A stretch of 64,000 nucleotides of DNA from Planctomycetota bacterium (GCA_016213895.1 JACQZJ010000099.1:12481-76480); one strand, 5' to 3'. Shown: positions 40,048 through 50,758, numbered from the stretch's first letter. Notes: generated by a model from the letters alone, not told the origin. Numbers and translations: made by a program.

Positions 40048-40788
40048 TCAGCGCCCGCCCAGGCGCTCGACGCGCTTCAGCACGCCGAGGAGCATGGCGT
40101 TGTCCGACGCGTCGATGCCGGCGCGGTCGAGGATGCGGCCGGCGCGGCCGACGATGCGCTCGAGCAGGCCCTGGTCGGCGTGTTCGTCGTAGCCGAGCGC
40201 CGCCAGGGCGGCGCGCATGCGGCCGCGCAGGTACTCGTGCTCCGCGGCGGTGAGCCGCGCCGGCTCGGGCTGCGTCTCGCCGGCGGCGGGCGCGGAGGTC
40301 CCGATCCAGGCCTGGCGCAGGGCGAAGGCGGCGAGCAGGACCGCCTGCGAGAGGTTGTAGACGCGCCGCGCCCCGGCCGCGGGGATGTTGACCAGGAGCG
40401 AGGCGGGGACGAGCTCCGCGCGCGTCAGCCCCCGGTCCTCGCGCCCGAAGAGGAGCGCCACGCGGCCGGACCTCTCGGCCTGGAGGATGCGGGGAACCGC
40501 CTGGCCGAGCGTGAGCACGGCGCGTGCGTCGCGGCGCGGGCGCGCCGAGAAGGCGGCCACCAGGCGCGCGTCGGCCACGGCCTCATGCACGCTCGCGCAG
40601 TGCCGCGCGGCGGCGAGCACGTCGAGGGACTTCCAGGCGAGCGCCCGCGCGTCCCCGCCGATCGCGGCGGGGCGCACCAGGCGCAGGCTGCGGAAGCCGT
40701 TGTTCTTGAGCGCCCGGCAGCAGGCGCCGATGTTCCCTTCGTGGCGCGGCTCCACGAGGACGAAGGTGATCCGGGGCGTGCGATTCAT
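40048..40788 (-). CDS. TrmJ/LasT-family SPOUT RNA methyltransferase
   Basis: FVLVEP..GNIGACCRALKN, FGREDRGL and YNLSQAV motifs. Confidence 0.88.
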   Translation of the reverse strand: MNRTPRITFVLVEPRHEGNIGACCRALKNNGFRSLRLVRPAAIGGDARALAWKSLDVLAAARHCASVHEAVADARLVAAFSARPRRDARAVLTLGQAVPRILQAERSGRVALLFGREDRGLTRAELVPASLLVNIPAAGARRVYNLSQAVLLAAFALRQAWIGTSAPAAGETQPEPARLTAAEHEYLRGRMRAALAALGYDEHADQGLLERIVGRAGRILDRAGIDASDNAMLLGVLKRVERLGGR

Positions 40789-40855
40789 GATCGAGCTCGC
40801 GCGGCGCGCGGTGGCGCCGTGCCGTGCGTTCATTCTGGGGCGGGAGCGGGCTTTG

Positions 40856-41016
40856 GCAGCCCGTCGAAGAAGTCATCCTGCCTGCGGCGGCGCCTCTCGG
40901 CCGATCTCTGCGTCGCGAGATCCTCGGCGAATCCCCCGATTCGCCTCCGGTCTCGCTCCTTGATCTCGACCGAGATGCGCTCGCCTCGGCAACGGAGCAC
41001 TCCTTCGACGAGCTGC
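40856..41016. mobile_element. MITE-like element (family B, copy 2)
   Basis: TIRs gcagcccgtcgaagaagt / actccttcgacgagctgc; flanked by TG on both sides; interior nearly identical to 9304-9464. Confidence 0.8.
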
Positions 41017-41403
41017 TGGCCCGCGACCGCCGACCTACAGCTGGCGCGGACGCGTCGCGCCGCGCCAGCTGCCGCGGCTCGATCCGACGGGCGCAGCGCC
41101 CGCGGCTCAGCCGCGGCGCGGCATGGCGCCGGTCGCGCCGCTAGGTCTCTTCGCACCTACCGTACCTCACGCCACTGAATCGCCGGCATCGCCTCCGCCA
41201 GAAGCGAACTGCTTCACGTTCGTCGCGCACGGCGCGCACAGGGAGCCGCCGCCGCTCCCGGAGGGCGGGGAAACGGCCGCGATCGCTCGTCAGACTGTCT
41301 TCCCCTCCGGCTCCGGGAAACCGGCAGCCACGCCTGTCTCACCGCGCGTCCCCGCACGGTGCACTCATTCCGGGGCGGGAGCGGGCTCCGGCCCCCGAGC
41401 GCC

Positions 41404-41446
41404 GATGCGCTCGCCTCGGCAACGGAGCACTCCTTCGACGAGCTGC
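41404..41446. mobile_element. Partial right end of family B element
   Basis: gatgcgctcgcctcggcaacggagcactccttcgacgagctgc is identical to the end of copy 2. Confidence 0.75.
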
Positions 41447-42144
41447 CGGCCCGCGAGCGCCGTCCGCAGGTGAGTTGAAACGGAGCGGCCCGCCTCGACC
41501 GCGAGCCTCGGGACGGCGCGTCGGCCGAGCGGCGCGGCCTTTCCCCGGTTCAGGGGCTGCCAGCGACGTCGTACCGCTCACGCCTGCCGCTTCTCACGCC
41601 ACGGAACCGCCGGCATCGCCTTCGCCTTGTTGAGGCCCTGCGCGTTCGTCGCGCACGCGATGCACCGGGAGTCGCGATGCGGCCCCGGACCCCGGGGAAA
41701 CGGCCGCGATCGCTTGCCACACCGAGCGTCCCCGCGCGGTGTGCTCATTCCGGGGCGGGAGCGGGCTCCGGCCCGCGAGCGCCTACCGCGAGTATGTTGA
41801 ACCGGAGCAGCCCGCCTCGACCGCGGGCGTCGGGACGGCGCGTCATGTGAGCGGAGCAGCGTTTCCCCGGTTGAGGGGCCGCCAGCGACGACGTTCCACG
41901 CTCACCCGGCGTACCTTCACGACACGGGACCACCAGCATCGCCTTCACCTTGTTGAGGCCCTGGGCGTTCGTCGCGCACGCGATGCACCGGGAGTCGCGA
42001 TGCGGCCCCGGACCCGGGGAAACGGCTGCGATCGCTCCCCAGACTTTCCTCCCCTCCCCTCCGGTTCACACTCATTCAGCCGCGACGCCGAGCGCGTGGT
42101 AAGCTCGCCTGCCTGCTCGTCCCCGCGCAGCCGGAGGCCCGCTG

Positions 42145-44586
42145 ATGCGACCCGCCCGCGTCTCCTTGCTGGGCGCGCTGCTGCTCTGCGCGCTCTCCGT
42201 GCTCGTTTGCGCGTGCGGCTGCGGGCGCAAGACGCCGCGGCAGGCCGGACCGAGCGTGCGTCTGGTCGAGCTCGCGGACGCGGCCAGGGTCGAGGCCCGG
42301 ATCGACTTCGCCGATCCCGCGGACGTGCTGCGCCAGGGAACGATCCGCGTCCTGGCCGAGCCGTTCGACGATCTCGAGCAATGCCGCGCCTGCTCCGGTC
42401 CGGCGCTCGCGCGCGTCCTGGGCGCGGCGCAGACGAGCGGCGGCGCCGCGCGCCTCGAGGGGCAGGGGCCGGCGCGCCACGCGCTCCTCGAAGGGCCCGC
42501 CGCGCTGTGGCGCGTGCTGTCCATGTCCGAGCGCGTTCCCCACCGCCTGCAGGCGCGGATCCAGGCTTCCGCGGGCGCTGACTTCCGCTTCTTCGCCTTG
42601 AACGTCAAGCAGGGCGCGGCGCTCACCGAGTTCAGCGACATGTCCTTCGCCAGGAAGCTGAAGAGAGCGCAGCACTACGAGGGGCACGAGCCGCGGCCTG
42701 CGGGCAAGCCTGGGGAGGACGGGTTCGTTTCGTACGCGCGCACCTTCCGGCCGAAGCCGGGCTGCGACCTCCTGGCGGGCGTTGTGGTGGCGCGGGGCAC
42801 GGTGCGCCTCGACGACCTCGAGCTGCGTGCGCTCCGCCCGCTCTGCGCCAGGGTCCTCCAGGAGGAGGCCGCCTCCGCCTCGCCCTGGGTGCGCCGCGTG
42901 GAGGTCGCCGGCTCCCATCGGGAGTCGCTCGTGCTCGCGGCGCCGCGGTCGTTCCGCTTCTCCCTGACGCCGCCGCCGCGCGCGCGGCGCGTGGCGCTCG
43001 CGCTCGCGCGCCTCGACGAGACGGACGAGCCGTCCCTGGAGATGGGAGTGGCGGTGAGCGGCAAGGCGGGGCGCGCCGCGGCCGCGCTCCCGGTGAGGAG
43101 CGCCGGCGCGGACGGCCTGCCCTGCTGGTCCGACCTCGAGCTCGACGTGGCTCGGTTCGCGGGCGCGGAGGTCGACGTGGAGCTGTTCGCGACCGCCCAG
43201 GGGGAAGCGGACCGCGAGCTGGGCGTGGCTTTCGGCGCGCCGGTCATCGAGAGCGACGGCGGCGCCGAGGAGATCGACCAGCCGGACGTCGTCCTCATCT
43301 CGCTCGACACGGTGCGCGCCGACCGCCTGTCGCTCTACGGCTACGCCAAGCCCACCAGCCCGATCCTCGGCGAGCTGGCGCGCCGGGCCGTGGTGTTCGA
43401 GGCCGCGATCGCGCCCGCCTCGTGGACGCTGCCCGCGCACGTCACCATCTTCTCCGGCCAGCTTCCCGACCGGCACCAGGTCACGGACACGAACCGCTTC
43501 ATCGACGCCACGACCTCGCCGCTCCTCGCCGCGGACTTCCTGGCCGCCGGCTACCACACGGCGGCGGTGACGAGCGGCGGCTACGTGAGCCCGGACTTCG
43601 GCTTCGCCGCCGGCTTCGAGGAGTACGGCACGGTCGAGCCGATCGGCGAGTCCTTGAGGCCCGAGCCGAACGCGGCCGCGGCCGCGGCCCGCTCGCGGGC
43701 GCGAATCGACGCGCTCCTCGGCGAGCCGCGCCTGCGCCCGCTCTTCCTGTTCGTGCACACGTACGCCGCGCACGAGTACCGCGCGCGCGCCGAGGACCTT
43801 GCGGCGATCGGCGGCGCGGCCGCGGGGGTCCTGCCGCTCGAGCCGCCGGTCGAGGTGAACGCCCTGCGCGAGCGCATGAAGGACGCGCGCGGTCCCGACG
43901 AGTACGCCACGGACCTGGCGCGCATGAGCGTCGCCTACGACGCGGCTCTGCGCCTGGTCGACGGCCTGGTCCTGCAGGTGCTGCGCTCCCTCGAGGCGAG
44001 CGGCCGCGCGCGGAACACCCTGGTCGTGGTTCTCTCCGATCACGGCGAGGAGCTGGGCGAGCACGGCTTCTTCGGCCACGGCCACGACGTGCACGAGGAG
44101 CTGATCCGCGTGCCGCTGCTCTTCCTCGTGCCCGGCGTCGCGCCGCGCCGGGTGGCGCAGGTGGTGACGCTTGCCGACGTCGCCCCCACGATCCGCGAGC
44201 TGGCCGGCCTGCGCAGCATGTCCGCCCTGGTCGACGGCGCGAGCCTCGTGCCGCTCCTGCGCGGCGAGAGCCTTGCGCCGCAGCCGGCCATCGCCTACGA
44301 GGGGCGCGAGGGCGCGCGCCGCGCGCTGCGCGGGGAACGCTGGAAGCTCGTGGTGCGCGAGGGAGCGGACGGCCGGTCCGCGGCGCAGCTCTTTGACTTG
44401 GCCGGCGCCGGCGGCGAGCAGGCGGACCTGGCCGCGAGCGAAGGCGCGCTCGCCGCGCGCCTGGAAGAGGCCCTCGCGCGGCGCGTCCAGGAGATGCGCG
44501 CCGCCGCCGCCGCCATCCGCGAGCACGCCCTGACCCCGGAGATGAAGAAGGAACTCGAGGAACTGGGCTACCTCCAGGGTCGCTGA
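42145..44586 (+). CDS. Exported sulfatase-family protein with long N-terminal extension
   Basis: VVLISLDTVRAD, WTLPAH, FLFVHTY and SDHGEELGEHG motifs; signal peptide. Confidence 0.85.
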   Translation: MRPARVSLLGALLLCALSVLVCACGCGRKTPRQAGPSVRLVELADAARVEARIDFADPADVLRQGTIRVLAEPFDDLEQCRACSGPALARVLGAAQTSGGAARLEGQGPARHALLEGPAALWRVLSMSERVPHRLQARIQASAGADFRFFALNVKQGAALTEFSDMSFARKLKRAQHYEGHEPRPAGKPGEDGFVSYARTFRPKPGCDLLAGVVVARGTVRLDDLELRALRPLCARVLQEEAASASPWVRRVEVAGSHRESLVLAAPRSFRFSLTPPPRARRVALALARLDETDEPSLEMGVAVSGKAGRAAAALPVRSAGADGLPCWSDLELDVARFAGAEVDVELFATAQGEADRELGVAFGAPVIESDGGAEEIDQPDVVLISLDTVRADRLSLYGYAKPTSPILGELARRAVVFEAAIAPASWTLPAHVTIFSGQLPDRHQVTDTNRFIDATTSPLLAADFLAAGYHTAAVTSGGYVSPDFGFAAGFEEYGTVEPIGESLRPEPNAAAAAARSRARIDALLGEPRLRPLFLFVHTYAAHEYRARAEDLAAIGGAAAGVLPLEPPVEVNALRERMKDARGPDEYATDLARMSVAYDAALRLVDGLVLQVLRSLEASGRARNTLVVVLSDHGEELGEHGFFGHGHDVHEELIRVPLLFLVPGVAPRRVAQVVTLADVAPTIRELAGLRSMSALVDGASLVPLLRGESLAPQPAIAYEGREGARRALRGERWKLVVREGADGRSAAQLFDLAGAGGEQADLAASEGALAARLEEALARRVQEMRAAAAAIREHALTPEMKKELEELGYLQGR

Positions 44587-44598
44587 GGCGCCGCTCCC

Positions 44599-47048
44599 TC
44601 ACTCGACAAAGCGGGCGTCGACGATGTCCACGTGGACGCCGGCCGCGCCGTCTCCGGCGTCGAGGACCTCGATGACGAGGAGGCGGCCGCCCTGCACCGG
44701 CACGGTGATGGGCGCGGCGCGCTCTCCCGGCAGGAGGGTGTCCGTGACGAGCCGCTCCTCGCCGTCCACAACCACGCGCAGCGCGGCCGAGCCCGCCGCG
44801 CCCGCCTCGGCGTCGATGCCGACCCGGGCGAGGAAGCTCTCGAAGCGCCCGTCCAGTTCGTACTCCAGGGTGGTGCCTGAGGCGCAGCCGATGCCGAAGA
44901 GGAAGGCCTCGCCGCCCACGCGCAGGACGTTGCCGTCGAGCGAGCGGTGGAAGCGCGGCGCCTTACCCTCGTGCCTGAGCGCGCTGGGAGCGAGCGAATG
45001 GAGCGGCGTGCCCGGCTTCTCCACGTAGCGCAGGAACGAGACGCGGGCCAGGGCCAGCACGCCTCCCTCCGGGACGATCGACAGGCCGATGCGGTGGCGC
45101 CCGGCGATCTGCTCAGGCAGGAGCCACCAAACGTCCTCCTGCCAGCAATCCAGCTTCTCGCCGCGCGGCGCAAGCGGCGGCCCGATTGGCGTGTTGTCGA
45201 TCAGGAGGGTGTAGCTCTCCGGCGCGGGCGCGGGCGCGCGCCGCACCACGATCGCCACCTTGTCCTCGAAGCGCGGGGGCACGTCGATGGCGAAGGGCAG
45301 CCGGTCGCCCAGGTTCACGACCTCCTCGCGCACCAGCTCGCCGCTGGAGGCGCGCAGCGCGCGGATGCTGCGCTCGCTCTGCGGCACGAACGCGGACCAG
45401 CGCTGCATGAGATAGGGATCGGCGGGCGCCAGGTCCGCCTCCCTGAAGCGCTCGAGCTTGAGCTCCTTGAGCAGGCCAGCCGGCGCCTGCGCAGCCCGCA
45501 CCGCGTGCTGCGCCGCTCCGGTCGCGCGCAGGACGTCGCCGCGCGTCTCATCGTCCGCCAGGATCTTCGCGACGCGCTCCAGCTCCGCGGCGGAGAGGTC
45601 CAGCGTCACCAGCGCCAGGCCGTTCTCGACGAGCACGCAGAAGCCGCGCGCGGCGAGGAAGTCGTCCGCCAGCACGCCCTGCAGCGGCGTGGCGAGGAAG
45701 CCGGCCTCCGGGCAGACGAGCCAGGTGTCCGCGCGCACGTCCTGGTGGGGGAAGTCGAGGAGCCACTCGACGTTCGCCGCGCGCTCGAGGAAGCGCTCCT
45801 CCGGGGCGTCGCGCGGGCTTCTCGCGGCGCGTGCCCGGCAGGGGACGATGCGCGGGGCGAGCAGCAGGTCGGCGGCGGGAGGGAGCAGCTCGAGCGGCGA
45901 GCGCTCGCGGTGGTTCAGGATCACGGCGCCGCCCGCGCGCAGGGCGCGCTGGAGCTGCTCGCCGAGGTCCGGAGCGTTCGTCTCCACGGAGCGTGCTTCC
46001 GCCGCGTGGCCCGGCCCCGGCGACTCGATGACGAGCAGCTCGAAGCGGCCAGCCGCGCGTGGCGCTTCCTCCTGCGCGGCGAGCACCAGGCGGAGAAGGG
46101 AGCGCGGGGCGAGCGGCAGCACCGCGCCGCGGCGGAACACGCCGATCTCCTGTCCCGAGACCTCGGCGACGCGATAGGCCGCGTCGTTCCGCAGACCGAG
46201 CTCGGAGAAGAGCGCGCCGCGCAGCTCGGGCTCGTGCGTCCAGTTGAAAAGCACGAGCTGTTCGGCCGCCGGTGCGAACCTGCGCCATACCGAGGGCAGC
46301 CCGTCGCCGGCGAACAGGTCGAGCGGCCGGCCGAAGCCGTTGATGGCCGGCGCGCCCGCGTCCACGACCGGCTGGAGGGCGGCCTCCAGCTCCTCGAGGC
46401 CGCCCTCCGGCAAGGCGCCCGCGGCCGGCTCGGCGCCGCTCCGTCCCTCCATCTCGTCGAAGAGCCACTCCAAGCCGACGAGGCCGTCCGCGGCGAAGAA
46501 GGCCGCGAGCGGCGGCGTCTCCAGCGTCTCGCCCGGCTCGAGCACGAGGCCCTCGAACTCGAGCCAGGCGGAAAGGCGCGCCAGGCCGCTCGGGCTCGGC
46601 TCGAGCGCCAGCCCGGGCTTCGCCCCGGGGAGCGGCGCGAGGAAGCCGGCGACGAGCGCCGCCCCGCGGTTGCCGCGTGCCGCGGCGATCCACGCGCCGC
46701 TCGCGCGGCGATCGCTGAGCGGCAGCACGCGGCAGCGCCCCGCGCTCCGCGCGTCGCGGCAGAGGACGCGCAGCGACCAGGCGGCCGCTTCCGGCCGCAG
46801 GAACACGCGGTCGAGCAGGTCGAGGCGCGCGAGCGCGACGCGCTCGCCGGAAGTGTTCCGGATGGTCGCGGCCAGCAGCAGGCCCGGCCACTCCTCGAAG
46901 TCGAGGCGCCGCACTTCGAGCGCGACCCGCTCCGCCGGTCCGTCCGCGAGCACCACGCCAGAGGCGATGTCGTGGAAGGCGAACGGCTCGAGCACGGGGT
47001 CCGCCTGCGTCTCGACCTGCGCGCGCAGGGCGGGAGCGAGGGCGGCGG
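44599..47048 (-). CDS. Secreted protein with alpha-galactosidase-like accessory domains and C-terminal NPCBM/NEW2 domain; 5' end missing
   Basis: C-terminal GIG..SGTTLEYELDG.F..F.A.VGID NPCBM signature. The frame extends upstream of 46995 as AALAPALRAQ (signal peptide end) but has no start codon before the foreign segment. Confidence 0.65.
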
Positions 47049-47183
47049 AATGGATTCGATGGCGCCGCTCGCTCCGATGGTGTGGCCGAGCAAGGATTTG
47101 GTGCTATTCACAATCACATTGCTGCCAAACTTGGCAGCAATGATCCCTGCCTCGACCTCGTCATTCACCCGGGTCCCCGTGCC
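47049..47183 (-). pseudogene. Internal fragment of a beta-ketoacyl-ACP synthase (FabF/FabB family), lower GC
   Basis: Translates GTGTRVNDEVEAGIIAAKFGSNVIVNSTKSLLGHTIGASGAIESI, matching the KAS (H)GTGT..ND and STKS..GH..GA.GA.E motifs. Confidence 0.8.
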
Positions 47184-47185
47184 AC

Positions 47186-48721
47186 GCGGCGGACCTGGTC
47201 GTGTTCCCCGAACTGACCATCACGGGCTATCCGCTCCTCGACCTCATCCACCAGCGGGCCCTGCTCGAGCGCCAGCGCCGCGCGCTCGACGAGGTCACGG
47301 CCCTCGCCGCGGGCATCACGGCCGTGGTCGGGTTCGTCGACTTCGATCCCGGGCGCGCGGGCAGCAACGGCTACCCGCTGCTCTACAACGCGGCGGCCGT
47401 GGCGCGCGACGGCCAGATCCTCGCCATCCACAGGAAGAACCTGCTCCCGGACTACGACGTGTTCTCGGAGGAGCGTTACTTCACGCCCGGCAGCGTGGCG
47501 ACGGTGGCCGACGTCCCGGGCGCGCGCCTCGGCGTGCAGATCTGCGAGGACCTCTGGGACGCGAACTACGAGAACAAGGTGACCAGGGCCCAGGTCGCCG
47601 CGGGCGCAGAGCTGATCGTCAACCTGTCGGCGTCGCCGTTCCACGTCGGCAAGGGGCGCGAGCGCCGCGAGCTGCTACTGCGCCACGTCGCCGAGTGCCG
47701 CCGCCCGATGTTCTTCGTCAACCAGGTGGGTGGCGAGGACGGCTACGACGGCGAGCTGGTGTTCGACGGCGACAGCCTGGCCTACGACGCCTCCGGACGC
47801 CTGATCGGCCTGGGCCGCGCCTTCGCCGAGGACCTGGTGGTGGCCGACGTGGACGTGCGAAGCGGCGCCGGCGTCGAGATCGCCGACCGCGAGACCGACC
47901 CGGACGCCGAGGCGCTGGACGCGCTCGTCCTCGGCGTGCGCGAGTACGCGCGGCGCGCGGGCTTCAAGAAGGCCTTGCTCGGCCTCTCCGGCGGCGTGGA
48001 CTCGGCGCTCGTCGCGGTCATCGCGGCGCGCGCGCTCGGCGCCGAGAACGTGCTCGGCGTCTCCATGCCGTCGCGCTACTCGAGCGACCACTCGCGCGAG
48101 GACGCGCGCCAGCTCGCCTTGAACCTGGGCATCGCCTTCCAGACGATCGGCATCGAGGCCGTGTTCCAGTCCTACCTCGACACCCTGGCGCCGGTCTTCG
48201 CCGGCGCGCCAGAAGACGTCACCGAGGAGAACCTGCAGGCGCGCGCGCGCGGCGCCATCCTCATGGCCATCTCCAACAAGACCGGCGCCCTCTTGCTCTC
48301 GACCGGCAACAAGACCGAGGTGGCGCTCGGCTACTGCACCCTCTACGGCGACATGAACGGCGGCTTGATGGTGATCGCCGACGTGTCGAAGACGCGCGTC
48401 TACTCCATCGCCCGCCACGTCAACCGCGCCGCCTCGCGGCCGCTCATTCCGCTCCGCACGCTGGAGAAGCCGCCGTCCGCCGAGTTGAAGGAGGGCCAGG
48501 TCGATCCCTTCGACTACGACGTGGTCAGCCCGCTCGCCGATCTCCTGGTGGAAGAGGAGCTGCCGGTGGAGGAGTGCGTGCAGCGCGGCTACGCGCGCGA
48601 GCTCGTCCTGCGCCTGGCGCGCCTGATCCGCCTGTCCGAGTACAAGCGCCGCCAGGCGGCGCCGGGCATCCGCATCACCCCCAAGGCCTTTGGCCTGGGC
48701 CGGCGCTTCCCGATCGCGTAG
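47186..48721 (+). CDS. nadE: Glutamine-dependent NAD+ synthetase, 5'-truncated
   Basis: ADLVVFPELTITGYP, ICEDLW, GLSGGVDS, ENLQAR, TGNKTE..GYCTLYGD and EYKRRQ motifs; the first ~30 residues of the nitrilase domain are absent. Confidence 0.9.
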   Translation, partial: AADLVVFPELTITGYPLLDLIHQRALLERQRRALDEVTALAAGITAVVGFVDFDPGRAGSNGYPLLYNAAAVARDGQILAIHRKNLLPDYDVFSEERYFTPGSVATVADVPGARLGVQICEDLWDANYENKVTRAQVAAGAELIVNLSASPFHVGKGRERRELLLRHVAECRRPMFFVNQVGGEDGYDGELVFDGDSLAYDASGRLIGLGRAFAEDLVVADVDVRSGAGVEIADRETDPDAEALDALVLGVREYARRAGFKKALLGLSGGVDSALVAVIAARALGAENVLGVSMPSRYSSDHSREDARQLALNLGIAFQTIGIEAVFQSYLDTLAPVFAGAPEDVTEENLQARARGAILMAISNKTGALLLSTGNKTEVALGYCTLYGDMNGGLMVIADVSKTRVYSIARHVNRAASRPLIPLRTLEKPPSAELKEGQVDPFDYDVVSPLADLLVEEELPVEECVQRGYARELVLRLARLIRLSEYKRRQAAPGIRITPKAFGLGRRFPIA

Positions 48722-48729
48722 CCGGCGAC

Positions 48730-50259
48730 TCACCGCTGCCAGGGCTTGCCCGTCACGTGCAGGTTCCGCCGGGGGATGGAGAAGATGAACGCGGTGACCG
48801 CGGTCGCCGAGATGCGCGAATCCGCGCCGTAGCCGGCGTTGTCGCGGTTCGGCTGGTAGTAGAAGCTGCCATCCGGACACTGGGCCAGGACGAACCACCA
48901 CTTGTTGGCGTCCATGAGGCGCCGGAAGCTCGGTGCGTCCGCGTGCGCGGCGAGCGCCGCGTAGCCCATTCCCATGACCGGGGAGCCGTGAGTGTCGGGG
49001 AAGCTCCCGGGGTGCGCGCCGATCACCCGGGCGTGGGCGAGGGCGCGCTCCTGGTAGCGGGGTTCCTGATACGGGCTCAGCAGGTTGGCGATGCCGGCGG
49101 CGCCGGTGCGCCCCATGTCCGCCCAGTCATCCGCGCCGGCCGCCTGGTCCTCGTACCACACGTAGCCGTTCCGGCCCGAGGCGCGGGCCAGGAAGTCGTA
49201 GGCCGCGTCGTGGCGCGCGCGGTCCACTTCGATGCCAGAGCGGCTCATGAGGGCGAACGCCAGCGCGCCCTGGCCCGTGAGCATGCTGATCGGACCGTAC
49301 CCCTCGAATCCGGGGTTGTGCCCCCAGCCGCCGTGGGAGTCGAGCGCGCCGCGGGGCAGGGCGTCGGGATGGGTCTCCTTCACCTTCTCGTTGACCTGGG
49401 CCAGGTCCACGTACTGGCTGGAGATCAGGAAGTCGTAGACCTCCTGCAGCTCCTGCTTCACCCACTTCTCGCCCGTCGCCAGGTAGTACTCGCTCATGAC
49501 GATCGCCGCGGCCATGTAGCGCCAGTTGATCAGCCCCGAGTCGTCCTGGGCAGCGGTCGTGGCGGCGTGCATCTTCACGTTCTTCTTGACCGCGGCGAGG
49601 TGCTTCTGCTCGCCGCTCGCGAGCAGGGCCAGCGGCGCGAAGGTGTCGTGCGGCGGACTGCCCCACGAACCGTCGTCGCGCTGGTGCAGGACCAAGTAGT
49701 CGAGCAGCTCCGCCAGGATGATCTCGGTCTTCCTGCAGTCCCGCGGGAAGGTCTCCGCGTAGTTCCCGTAGCGGCGCGAGACCTCGAGCTCGACCTCCTC
49801 GACCTGGCCTTCGCGCAGCAGGGTGAGCGGGAGCCGTCCTTTGCCCGCCTCGCTCTGGCTCGCCTCGAGCGCCTCCGCGAACTCCAGGATCGGCCCGTCC
49901 GGGCCGAAGCAGTCCATGCCGTAGCCGTTCTTGTGGTCGGTCGCGAAGCGCTGCCCGCCCGCGCCCACGATGAGGTCGCCGGGCCGGACCTTGTGCGCCG
50001 CGGGTGAGCCCTCGAACACGTGCTTCACCAGCAGGTGCCGCGGAGCGTCCTCCAGGAGCTTCACTCGCAGGCCCGTGATTCCCAGGTTCAAGTACCAGCC
50101 GTCCACCACGGCGTCCGGCCCGCCGTCTGCCCGCTGGGTCCACGGCCCGCCGTCGGGCTGATAGTGCACCTGGGCATGGGCCAGGGAGCAGAGCGCGGCC
50201 GAGAGGATCGCGAAGACCAGCGGGAGCTTCTTCAGTCGCGTTGGCACGGCGATCGGCAC
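48730..50259 (-). CDS. Secreted protein with PDZ-like domain and alpha/alpha-barrel (DUF6288-like)
   Basis: Signal peptide, NLGITGLR..GSPA..GD.I (PDZ), QRDDGSW, GGWGH and QCPDGSF repeats. Confidence 0.7.
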   Translation of the reverse strand: MPIAVPTRLKKLPLVFAILSAALCSLAHAQVHYQPDGGPWTQRADGGPDAVVDGWYLNLGITGLRVKLLEDAPRHLLVKHVFEGSPAAHKVRPGDLIVGAGGQRFATDHKNGYGMDCFGPDGPILEFAEALEASQSEAGKGRLPLTLLREGQVEEVELEVSRRYGNYAETFPRDCRKTEIILAELLDYLVLHQRDDGSWGSPPHDTFAPLALLASGEQKHLAAVKKNVKMHAATTAAQDDSGLINWRYMAAAIVMSEYYLATGEKWVKQELQEVYDFLISSQYVDLAQVNEKVKETHPDALPRGALDSHGGWGHNPGFEGYGPISMLTGQGALAFALMSRSGIEVDRARHDAAYDFLARASGRNGYVWYEDQAAGADDWADMGRTGAAGIANLLSPYQEPRYQERALAHARVIGAHPGSFPDTHGSPVMGMGYAALAAHADAPSFRRLMDANKWWFVLAQCPDGSFYYQPNRDNAGYGADSRISATAVTAFIFSIPRRNLHVTGKPWQR

Positions 50260-50263
50260 GGTC

Positions 50264-50683
50264 CTAGCGCGTCAGGTGCTGCCACGCGGCTTCGGCCGAC
50301 GAACTCACGTCTCTGAGCGCGGCGTCGAAGCCGGACGAGAGCTCCTCCCAGGCTTTGCCGGACCGCGACTTCAGCTCCTTCAGCCGCTCGTCCGCGCCGG
50401 CCAGCTTCTGGCGCAAGTCCTCGACCGCCTGGTCCAGCTCCTCCCTGGCCTGGCCCTGGGCCTCCGCGGCCCGCGACTTCAGCTCCTCGTAGCGTCCCCT
50501 GACCGACTCGAGCTGCGTCTCGGCGTTCTTGATGAACTCCTGCTGCGTCGCGGTCAGGTACTCGGAGGTGGCGTCGATCGCCTCGCCGATCTTCTCGCGG
50601 GCGTTTTGGGCCTTCTCGTCATCGCCGCAGGCGGGCAGCGCAGAAAGCGCGAGCGCGGCGGCGAGCAGCAAGTAGATTCTCAT
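50264..50683 (-). CDS. Helical lipoprotein of unknown function
   Basis: LPAC lipobox, coiled-coil body, GGAG RBS. Confidence 0.75.
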   Translation of the reverse strand: MRIYLLLAAALALSALPACGDDEKAQNAREKIGEAIDATSEYLTATQQEFIKNAETQLESVRGRYEELKSRAAEAQGQAREELDQAVEDLRQKLAGADERLKELKSRSGKAWEELSSGFDAALRDVSSSAEAAWQHLTR

Positions 50684-50758
50684 GGCGTTGACTCCTGATC
50701 GTACCGGTCGCGGGGCGCTCGAGCGCTCCGCCGGCCCATCAGCATAGCGCGGCCGGCC

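Larger units (their letters stand above)
40826..42090 (+). repeat. Long intergenic repeat family A, locus 4: tandem array of about 3-4 units with nested family B pieces
   Basis: Block catt(c/t)(c/t)ggggcgggagcggg recurs near 40831, 41367 and 41746; core gttcgtcgcgcac recurs near 41218, 41644 and 41967. Confidence 0.85.

Noticed and set aside
40826-42090. CRISPR array interpretation of the repeat cluster
   Set aside because: Units are ~330 bp and homologous along their length, with no unique spacers between identical short repeats and no cas genes.
44947-50007. 1686-aa plus-strand ORF and similar long ORFs (25837-28857, 7982-10465, 42076-44526)
   Set aside because: They overlap well-supported genes on the other strand or frame and translate to Arg/Ala/Gly-rich sequence with no motifs.
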